A stretch of DNA of 64,000 bases from contig OZ251219.1 in NCBI GenBank assembly GCA_965240465.1, positions 1,206,681-1,270,680 of the forward strand. Reading direction: 5' to 3'. Positions within the stretch are counted from its first letter, which is position 1, and every line of letters begins with the position of its first letter. Under the pieces are notes generated by a model. It was not told the origin of the DNA, did not search any database, and saw only the letters and a list, made by a program, of their open reading frames with translations. The position numbers were made by a program, and so were the translations under genes. Positions 1-6,659 of this stretch are shown piece by piece. The DNA is from a bacterium. Lineage in GTDB: Bacteria; SAR324; JACQKK01.

Positions 1-104
1 GAGATTTGTTTTTTCAGGTCGCGCTGAGCGAGCCAGCCGTATCGCCCTAATATCAGGATGGCGAGTAGCCCTCCTAGTAGTGCCAGGGCGGAGTATTTCA
101 GCAT
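1..104 (-). CDS. 5' part of a CDS running off the left edge; hydrophobic N-terminus (membrane anchor or signal peptide)
   Basis: ATG at 104-102 (minus strand), then an open frame to base 1: MLKYSALALLGGLLAILILGRYGWLAQRDLKKQI. Truncated, so absent from the ORF track. Confidence 0.3.
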   Translation of the reverse strand, partial: MLKYSALALLGGLLAILILGRYGWLAQRDLKKQI

Positions 105-167
105 CCTAGCTGTTAATAAAGCGAGGGGTTTTTTTTTCCAAGCCTTAAAAATATTGGGTAGCATTGG

Positions 168-395
168 TTAGTTTTTTTTACCTTGCAAGAAGGACTCTTG
201 TTCTTTGGGGGAGAGAGTAGCTACAAATCTTTTACAGGCGTTGCTGATTCTTTGAGCAGCTCGCTTTGAGTTTCCAAATGATTCCCACTCACCGAGGGCG
301 TGGTCTACGCTTTGCCTTAGTTTGTGATGGGCGGGGTAATTGTAGAACGGATTATTATTTGATATTTGGTACGAGATGTCAGAGTTGATTTCCAT
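168..395 (-). CDS. hypothetical small protein (75 aa)
   Basis: ORF track only; no motif recognised. Confidence 0.3.
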   Translation of the reverse strand: MEINSDISYQISNNNPFYNYPAHHKLRQSVDHALGEWESFGNSKRAAQRISNACKRFVATLSPKEQESFLQGKKN

Positions 396-449
396 AAGCT
401 TTCCCTTTCTTGATGATGGATGTTTTTAGTTGAATAAATTAAAGCACTA

Positions 450-514
450 AAATAAATCTCGCAAATAAATCTCGCAAATAAATCTCGCAAAGAAATCCCG
501 CAAATAAATCCCGC
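450..514. repeat. tandem repeat, 13-bp unit aaataaatctcgc x5
   Basis: ctcgc/cccgc recurs at 458, 471, 484, 497 and 510 (period 13). Intergenic. Confidence 0.9.
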
Positions 515-548
515 AGAGTAATTCTCAGCGGGATGACTTCATATTTTT

Positions 549-1157
549 TTAGTAATTCCCTCCACTTCTTCCTCTTCTCTCTCCATCCTGTTCACCCTCA
601 AGGCCGCCTTTTTCGCTTAACACTTTGTCTAGCTCCTGTTGTTTTTCTGGAGGCAGGAGGATGTATAGATCTTTTAGGGCTAGAGTACTCTCGTTGAATT
701 TTTGTAATCGGGATTGTAATACTTGGAGTTTCAGGGAGAATTTTTCAGGGGCATCAGTCGTGGTTCTCATTCGTTGACAGAGAGACTCATTTGGTTGAAA
801 TGCCAAGCTCAATTTTTCGCTAAAATTGCGAAAGGCTTTTTCTTGATCTTTGCCCTCAACTTGGAGTAGCTCTGACAATTTCCTTATTTTATTTTGACCT
901 CTGACGGTAAACGCTACAGAACAGGTTCCATAAGGAAATACTAAGAAATCCTTCTTGTAATTGTTACCATCAAGACGCTTATCAAAGCTGCGTTTCTTAT
1001 CAAAGCTGCGTTTCTTATCAAAGCTGTGTTTCTTATCATCGCCACGATTTGCAAATGCAGAGGTCAGAAAAAAGGTGATAAATACCGCAATGATAATTTG
1101 AACATAACCTTTAGAAAAGAATTTACGGATGCTATCCGATAAAGATGAACTAGCCAT
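549..1157 (-). CDS. hypothetical secreted or membrane-anchored protein with KKRSFD repeats
   Basis: 202-aa ORF with an N-terminal hydrophobic segment (VQIIIAVFITFFLTSAFA). An 18-bp unit cttatcaaagctgcgttt x3 at 978-1031 encodes the KKRSFD repeats. The C-terminal LPPEKQQEL is faintly Spy/CpxP-like. Confidence 0.5.
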   Translation of the reverse strand: MASSSLSDSIRKFFSKGYVQIIIAVFITFFLTSAFANRGDDKKHSFDKKRSFDKKRSFDKRLDGNNYKKDFLVFPYGTCSVAFTVRGQNKIRKLSELLQVEGKDQEKAFRNFSEKLSLAFQPNESLCQRMRTTTDAPEKFSLKLQVLQSRLQKFNESTLALKDLYILLPPEKQQELDKVLSEKGGLEGEQDGERRGRSGGNY

Positions 1158-1220
1158 GATGGATTCCTTTTATTGATATTACTAAAAAACAAACATATAA
1201 ACTGCGATTACACGCAACAG

Positions 1221-1293
1221 TGGAGACGAGGAGAATCGAACTCCCGACCTCGGCATTGCGAACGCCGTGCTCTCCCAACTGAGCTACGTCCCC
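1221..1293 (-). tRNA. tRNA-Ala (anticodon CGC)
   Basis: The reverse complement folds as a cloverleaf: GGGGACG/TA/GCTC-AGTTGGGA-GAGC/A/CGGCG-TTCGCAA-TGCCG/AGGTC/GGGAG-TTCGATT-CTCCT/CGTCTCC/A. The G3:U70 alanine identity pair is present. CCA is not encoded. Confidence 0.93.
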
Positions 1294-1319
1294 AGTATGT
1301 CCCTAGGTCTGAATGCGAG

Positions 1320-1346
1320 GCTATACCAATAAATAATAAAAAGCAA
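1320..1346 (-). promoter_or_regulatory. possible extended -10 promoter for tRNA-Ala
   Basis: Minus strand reads TTGCTT (1346-1341), a 15-nt spacer ending in TGG, then TATAGC (1325-1320), about 27 nt upstream of the tRNA 5' end. Confidence 0.25.
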
Positions 1347-1527
1347 GGGGGGTAGGAAATTTTATTAGGTAGTTATCAGGTGGTGGTGGGGGGGGTATTA
1401 AGTGTGGATTAAGGAGGTAAGGGTTTAGAGTACCTAATGTATCTTAAATATAGTATGGTGGATGCCTTAATTACCTCAAGACGGTTTATTGGGGAGGTGA
1501 TTTAGATATTTTGTTTTGGGTATTTTT

Positions 1528-3915
1528 ATGAATATCGCCAGGGCGTGTTTTGATGGACGCGTTTCAGAGATAGATAAGCAGATTATTGAGGAGGAATTGC
1601 AGATTCTGGAGAGTATGCGTGGTTTTTTTCATTCAGCTGAGGGTCATTCTGAGCGGATGCTAGATGATGAGATGCTATGGTTGCGTGATTCCATGGCTGA
1701 GTCGAGTAAGGATGACCAAGCTCAGTTGATGGCACAGCTGATATCGGTTTCTGAGTTAGCCAAGCAGAGAGTTACTCCGATGGAGAGTGTTCAGGAAGGC
1801 ACGCCTTATTTTGGGCATTTACGCCTGAAGCAGGAGGGTAGGACTCGTGATGTGCTGATAGGCAATGCTAATTTGATGAGGAGTGAAGCCCCCATGCCGA
1901 TAGTGAATTGGCATAGTTCCCCAGTGAGTAGGGTATTTTATTGTTATCAGGAGGGGGATTTATTTGAGGAGAGTTTTGGTGGTCGTTTGGTGGATGGCGA
2001 GGTACTGGTACATAGGCGGTTGGTGATTGAGGGTGGTTTGCTATTGAGGGTGGAGTGTTTGCGGGGTCGTTTTCAGTTTATGGATGGTTGTTGGCGTCGG
2101 GTGAAGGAGCATCCTCTTAGTTTGACGGGTGGAGAGTATTCAGCTCTTCGTCCGAGCAAGGACAAGCCTAGTTTGGGGATTCAAGCCAGTGTTTCAGGAT
2201 TGAGTGATCGTCGGCTGGCGAATATAACGGGTCTGCTGGATGAGTCTCAGTACGAGTTAATCACCGATGCTGATAGTCAGGTGATGGTAGTGGATGGCGG
2301 GGCGGGTTCTGGCAAGACGACGGTAGCTTTGCATCGGCTAGCATTTTTATCTCAGCACGACCCTAAGCGATTTGTTCCTAGGCGGATGATGGTAGTGGTT
2401 TTCAGTGCTGCGATGGCATCCTATATTGAGCATTTTCTGCCTGCTCTGGAGGTACACAAATGTCGGATAGAGGTATATGAGAAGCTGGTAGAAAATTTAA
2501 GAAAGCGTCATTTTCCTAAGTTGCCAGCCGAGTATCACAGTACTACTACGGGTTTGGTTTGGCGTTTTAAGCATAGTTTTGTTTGTCAGGAGTTATTGCT
2601 TCGGGCTGCAAGCGAGCGGGCTGCCGAATGGGAAGCCGACCTGAGAGAAGCACTAGGTGAAGCTCCGCAGACTGAAATCTTGCTGGAGGGCTGGCGTAGA
2701 TCGTCTTTTGAGTTCATTGCTCTGAGACCGCGAATGTTTGTTCGGTGGCTGGAAAATAAGGATCCAGAGCGTCCTTCGCCGCCAGAGCTGGATTATCTTT
2801 CCAAGCAGAGATTGCAAAAAGCACTGCAGCCCTTTGAACGGCTAGTCACAAAACCAGAGCACTTCGTACTGGATATCTGGTCGGAAAGCTTTCTTAGCCA
2901 TGTCAAACTAACCGAACTGCTTAACAAAATCGCCCCCGATGCCTATACTCCCCAGCAAATCAGGGAACTACACCAAAAACTGTTCTCTGGATATAGCACC
3001 TTGCAAGATTGGCTAGAATGGAAATCGGAAACACCGACCGATGATCAATTATCAGGCAGCTTTAAGCTGGGTAAGGGAACTGCTCCCATTAAACCGCAAT
3101 TCTACCGAGAAGACGATACCATATTGCTATCATTATATCAGTCGCTTGTGGGACCACTACAAGAACACCGACAACCACTTAAACTCGCACATATCACCAT
3201 AGATGAAGCTCAAGACTTCAGCCCGCCAGAATTGAAAATGCTCCTAAATATAGCGGAAAAACCCTTCTCCCTCACCCTGGCTGGCGATACCGAACAACGC
3301 GTTATCCTCCATCAAGAACCCAAGGGGTGGATACCCATGCTACGCGAAATAGGACTGGAAAATCATGCCAACCTCCGACGACTAGAAGTCGGATACCGCG
3401 GCACTGAACCGATTATCAATTTCTCCCGCAAAATACTCGGACACCTCCACCAAGGACATCCTTGGCGTGCCATTCGGGGCGGACCTCCTGTTCTATTGCT
3501 GCAGTCCAAGCAAACAGGATTCGGACCTGCCATCTCCTTTATTGCTCCTATCCTTAAAAGCCTCCAACAACGAGAACCACATGCTACCATCGCCCTCATC
3601 GCCAGAGAAGAACAAGAAGCTCAAGATTATCATCAGGGCTTACTCAATGCCGATGTCCCCAAACTTAGGCTCGTGCTGGATTACAATTTCTCCTTCCAAG
3701 CAGGCACCGACATCACCACCATCACCCAAGTTAAAGGACTGGAATTTGATTATGTACTCATCCTCAACGTAAATCAGCAAAACTGGCACGATGATGACCA
3801 CTCCCGATTTCTCCTCCATGTCGCCGCTACCAGAGCAGCTCATCAACTCTGGCTCATCTGCTGTGGAACTCCCTCAAAACTGCTGCCTGATAACTTACAC
3901 ACTTATTTATTCTAA
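1528..3915 (+). CDS. UvrD/Rep-family ATP-dependent helicase, HelD (helicase IV)-like
   Basis: Walker A VVDGGAGSGKTTVALHRL, Walker B ITIDEAQDFSP, C-terminal VKGLEFDYVLI and VAATRAAHQLWL. A ~250-aa N-terminal domain contains PYFGHLRL...IVNWHSSPVSRVFY, resembling HelD. The ORF track starts at TTG 1516; the first ATG is at 1528. Confidence 0.8.
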   Translation: MNIARACFDGRVSEIDKQIIEEELQILESMRGFFHSAEGHSERMLDDEMLWLRDSMAESSKDDQAQLMAQLISVSELAKQRVTPMESVQEGTPYFGHLRLKQEGRTRDVLIGNANLMRSEAPMPIVNWHSSPVSRVFYCYQEGDLFEESFGGRLVDGEVLVHRRLVIEGGLLLRVECLRGRFQFMDGCWRRVKEHPLSLTGGEYSALRPSKDKPSLGIQASVSGLSDRRLANITGLLDESQYELITDADSQVMVVDGGAGSGKTTVALHRLAFLSQHDPKRFVPRRMMVVVFSAAMASYIEHFLPALEVHKCRIEVYEKLVENLRKRHFPKLPAEYHSTTTGLVWRFKHSFVCQELLLRAASERAAEWEADLREALGEAPQTEILLEGWRRSSFEFIALRPRMFVRWLENKDPERPSPPELDYLSKQRLQKALQPFERLVTKPEHFVLDIWSESFLSHVKLTELLNKIAPDAYTPQQIRELHQKLFSGYSTLQDWLEWKSETPTDDQLSGSFKLGKGTAPIKPQFYREDDTILLSLYQSLVGPLQEHRQPLKLAHITIDEAQDFSPPELKMLLNIAEKPFSLTLAGDTEQRVILHQEPKGWIPMLREIGLENHANLRRLEVGYRGTEPIINFSRKILGHLHQGHPWRAIRGGPPVLLLQSKQTGFGPAISFIAPILKSLQQREPHATIALIAREEQEAQDYHQGLLNADVPKLRLVLDYNFSFQAGTDITTITQVKGLEFDYVLILNVNQQNWHDDDHSRFLLHVAATRAAHQLWLICCGTPSKLLPDNLHTYLF

Positions 3916-3970
3916 AAAACAACCCATCCCTCACCTCACCCTCACCTCACCCCCCATCCCCCCTGAGAAC

Positions 3971-3999
3971 TTGACAAACCGATTGCCATTCCCTATACT
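3971..3999 (+). promoter_or_regulatory. sigma70-type promoter (TTGACA-17-TATACT)
   Basis: TTGACA at 3971-3976, a 17-nt spacer, TATACT at 3994-3999. It lies 56 nt after the helicase stop, and no protein-coding ORF follows it. Confidence 0.55.
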
Positions 4000-4005
4000 C
4001 GCCTT

Positions 4006-4684
4006 ATCGGGACATTTTTTACTCAAACTGCAGTCTTGCCAGACTAGTAGGCAAGCATGGATTAAAAAATGCTCTGAATACTGAATGAAAGGGAATGGGA
4101 AGTGACCACCTGAGGTTCCGTCAATACCGAAGGGTGGATCATACATGCCTTATGATGAGCTATGATCTTAATCGGTTACTTTGCTTTAATTGCAATTTGG
4201 CATGTGCAATGACGAGGAAGATGAGGAGGTGGACTGCACCGTAATCTCTTCTCCCCTCCGCTAATGAGCAGAGTTTCTGCCATTAAGGGAAACGCGGATT
4301 AAGCAGTCGGCAGAAACAATGGGGAGTGAAAACTCCGAAGGTCGTGAAACGCGGTTTCTGTTTTCTGGTGAGTACCTAGTCTGGTAGATTTTGGGTGCTT
4401 ATCCGATGAATATATTTCACGCCTAAGACCGAGCTGGGACTGGCATTGTCAGTCCTGATATCATCAGTCCGCTAGCTGCCAGAGCAAGTGCGAGATTGTA
4501 AGTCTCGGTCTACTGATTAGCAGTACCGTTTGGGTATTTGCTAGCGGAGCGGAGGTTGTCATTGCACACCGTAAGCTACCGTGGGGGGCTGGGAGGAAAT
4601 GCCATCATCTCCGTGGAAAGAGAATAATGGAGCAAGCAATGACATTCCCCATCTCTTTTATTCTGCTCCTTTAGTTTTTTTATT
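4006..4684 (+). ncRNA. candidate large structured RNA (~680 nt), family not recognised
   Basis: No + strand ORF of 60 aa or more. Nested helices: 4203-4213/4558-4568 (11 bp), 4255-4262/4548-4555 (8 bp), 4469-4476/4540-4547 (8 bp), 4273-4281/4309-4317 (9 bp), a GAAA-tetraloop hairpin at 4323-4336, 4437-4442/4450-4455, 4106-4111/4132-4137 and 4035-4040/4050-4055. There is a promoter upstream and a T-rich tail at 4670-4684. Confidence 0.45.
4621..4684 (+). terminator. possible intrinsic (perhaps bidirectional) terminator between the RNA candidate and the OLD gene
   Basis: Stem 4621-4627/4658-4664 plus 4629-4632/4653-4656 (alternative ggagca 4629-4634/tgctcc 4664-4669), followed by tttagtttttttatt. 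The loop is large, so the call is weak. Confidence 0.3.
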
Positions 4685-4690
4685 ACCGCC

Positions 4691-6580
4691 CTACACTTCA
4701 TCAACCTGCTCAGATCCATTAGCACCCGAGACATCAGTTTTTTTATAAGTTTCAATATTTGTTTTAGGCGGTAGTTTTTCCTTAGCTGCTGGTTTATTTT
4801 TTGTTTCACCAAATATTATTTTAATTTCTCTAATAATATTTTCTTTGCTTTTAGCCAACCCTTCAGGATCAGACATTAATGTTTCTATATCTGGATAAGA
4901 TGCTAATTCTATAATAAAACTATTAACGACACCTATATCAATATTTTTACTACAACCTTGAAGATTACTAAAATGAGGATCATTTTTTATTAGGTATGTA
5001 ACCTCATCTTTATCAAATATCTGTTCTATTTTTTTCCCATGTTTCAAATGATTAACTTGAACATTACATTCAGGATCCTTTGAGATATTATCACCAGAAT
5101 CATTCCCTGCGTTGTCGTCATCTAGCAAGCAATATACTTTTTCTTTAGGACAAAAAAATGAAGATATGAAAGATTCCATACTTGTAGTACCAGTCATGGG
5201 TATTATCCCAAAATCTTCTCCACTATCAACAGTGGATAAAGCATAATAATCTGTTATTCCCTCAACAACAACTATCTTATCTTTTGTAAAAGCCTCTTCA
5301 AGTAAAGAAGGTACAGAACCTAAAGCATCTCTTATTGGCTGAAAAGCCTCATCTTTCCCTTTTTTATGTTCTAGCGAGTGAGTTAATTTTATATTACTAT
5401 CATCTTTTATGTCTCTATGACATGTCATTGTTCTTGATAGAAATGCTTTTTGTAATAAATGTTGATAGTGAGTGGTATATACTACAAAATTTTTCTTTGC
5501 TAATTCTTTTAGAATCTTACCTAAGGCTACTTGCGAAGAAGCATGTAAATAACAACCTGGTTCATCTAATAAATAAATAACACCATTCTTATTTTTCCTA
5601 TAAGAGAAGGTTTTGATAATGAGGTTAAAGAACCATAAAAAACCTCTACTTCTTTGATCAAGATCAAAATCACTACTTTTTTTATTAATAATCTCTTTTT
5701 TATTAACAGTCTTTTTTTCCTCAACAGTCTCTACAATTCCAATATTAATCTCACCATTTTCACGAGATAATTCAATTTCTAATTTACTTTTAGACGAAAC
5801 ATCCTCAATCTTTTGTAAGTGATCCCATTCTTCTCTTAATTCATTGTTAAAATTAGTAGCTATGGTACGTAGTTGTTTCTTACCTATATTCATAATATTA
5901 CTACCAAAACTTTCAAGTATTCTCTTAAATGTCTGGAATGAATAATCGTTATAACCTTTATTGTTCTCTTTAGGAATTCCTATAGGACTACTTATCTTAT
6001 CTACATGATAATCGTAATAAACCATACGAGGAAGTCTTCTGATAACACTTTTATAGAAATTTATATCAAGATCATTTTCACTGAATGATTTAAATTCACC
6101 TATTTTAAATTTATATTCAGGTTTTTTATCATTTCCAATAGTTCTTGTAATTTCAATGGTATTATTTTTAGGTATCGCTTCACGGAAATTATCTACTGCA
6201 TCTGTCCAGCTACTATTAAAGCTACCAATATCATTATCAACATCTTCAAAAGTATATTCATGATCTTCATCATCTGGTACTTTATAGTTTAATCTTAAAA
6301 AAACATCCTTTAAATCTTCTTTTGTGCAAGAAATCTCTGCACATATGATTGCTTCCTCCCTCTCATCATAGTTATAGCGGTTAATAATATTTGTGAGGTG
6401 TTTATACCTTACATCATCATCATCATTTCTATAATCAAAAGCCAACATAGCTTGCAGTATGGTCGTTTTACCGCATTCATTTATGCCGATGATGGGAACA
6501 GCACCATTTTCACCTAATTTAACTTCTAAATCTTCAGATATTGCTTTGTATTTTCTAATGATGAATTTTTTGTAATGCAT
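4691..6580 (-). CDS. OLD-family nuclease (ABC/AAA-type ATPase + Toprim domain)
   Basis: 629 aa. Walker A IIGINECGKTTILQAM, Walker B/signature region VIYLLDEPGCYLHASSQ, Toprim IVVVEGITDYYAL plus the DxD-like CLLDDDNAGN. The gene is visibly AT-rich: spot counts give about 28-30% G+C against about 50% in the flanks. Confidence 0.85.
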   Translation of the reverse strand: MHYKKFIIRKYKAISEDLEVKLGENGAVPIIGINECGKTTILQAMLAFDYRNDDDDVRYKHLTNIINRYNYDEREEAIICAEISCTKEDLKDVFLRLNYKVPDDEDHEYTFEDVDNDIGSFNSSWTDAVDNFREAIPKNNTIEITRTIGNDKKPEYKFKIGEFKSFSENDLDINFYKSVIRRLPRMVYYDYHVDKISSPIGIPKENNKGYNDYSFQTFKRILESFGSNIMNIGKKQLRTIATNFNNELREEWDHLQKIEDVSSKSKLEIELSRENGEINIGIVETVEEKKTVNKKEIINKKSSDFDLDQRSRGFLWFFNLIIKTFSYRKNKNGVIYLLDEPGCYLHASSQVALGKILKELAKKNFVVYTTHYQHLLQKAFLSRTMTCHRDIKDDSNIKLTHSLEHKKGKDEAFQPIRDALGSVPSLLEEAFTKDKIVVVEGITDYYALSTVDSGEDFGIIPMTGTTSMESFISSFFCPKEKVYCLLDDDNAGNDSGDNISKDPECNVQVNHLKHGKKIEQIFDKDEVTYLIKNDPHFSNLQGCSKNIDIGVVNSFIIELASYPDIETLMSDPEGLAKSKENIIREIKIIFGETKNKPAAKEKLPPKTNIETYKKTDVSGANGSEQVDEV

Positions 6581-6614
6581 AGCTTAGACCTCTATTAATG
6601 AGCTGTTTTATGTA

Positions 6615-6643
6615 AGTATAGGACTAGATACTTTTATTGTAAA
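6615..6643 (-). promoter_or_regulatory. sigma70-type promoter for the OLD gene (TTTACA-17-TATACT)
   Basis: Minus strand reads TTTACA (6643-6638), a 17-nt spacer, TATACT (6620-6615). AGAGG lies ~9 nt upstream of the ATG at 6580. The promoter sits in the 79-bp gap after the ispG stop. Confidence 0.45.
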
Positions 6644-6659
6644 GCTATGCATTACTTAC

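Noticed and set aside
1173-1355. 60-aa + strand ORF
   Set aside because: It lies antisense across the tRNA-Ala gene (1221-1293), so it is an artefact of the tRNA sequence.
4197-4213. sigma54-like TGGCA...TGCA element
   Set aside because: The GG and GC dinucleotides are not separated by the required 10 nt; GC sits 5-6 nt after GG. The sequence is better explained as the 5' strand of the 11-bp closing helix.
4095-4244. 49-aa Cys-containing ORF (MGSDHLRFRQYRRVDHTCLMMSYDLNRLLCFNCNLACAMTRKMRRWTAP) inside the RNA candidate
   Set aside because: It has no credible Shine-Dalgarno at proper spacing. It overlaps predicted helices, and its basic, Cys-scattered composition is typical of random frames. 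Kept only as a possibility to test by ribosome profiling.
4006-4690. Assigning the structured region to a known RNA class (RNase P, tmRNA, 6S, SRP, group II intron, retron msr/msd, hammerhead)
   Set aside because: RNase P: no GGAAAGUCC or ACAGAA cores. tmRNA: no tRNA-like acceptor/T-arm ends. 6S and SRP: the closing helix spans ~366 nt, far larger than either. Group II: no GUGYG 5' end plus domain-V-like hairpin. Retron: the terminal inverted repeat resembles a1/a2, but no reverse transcriptase ORF exists anywhere in the window and the element is longer than typical msr/msd. Hammerhead: cgtgaaac/ggtc fragments are present but no CUGAUGA core. All comparisons are from memory, so a cmscan is still required.
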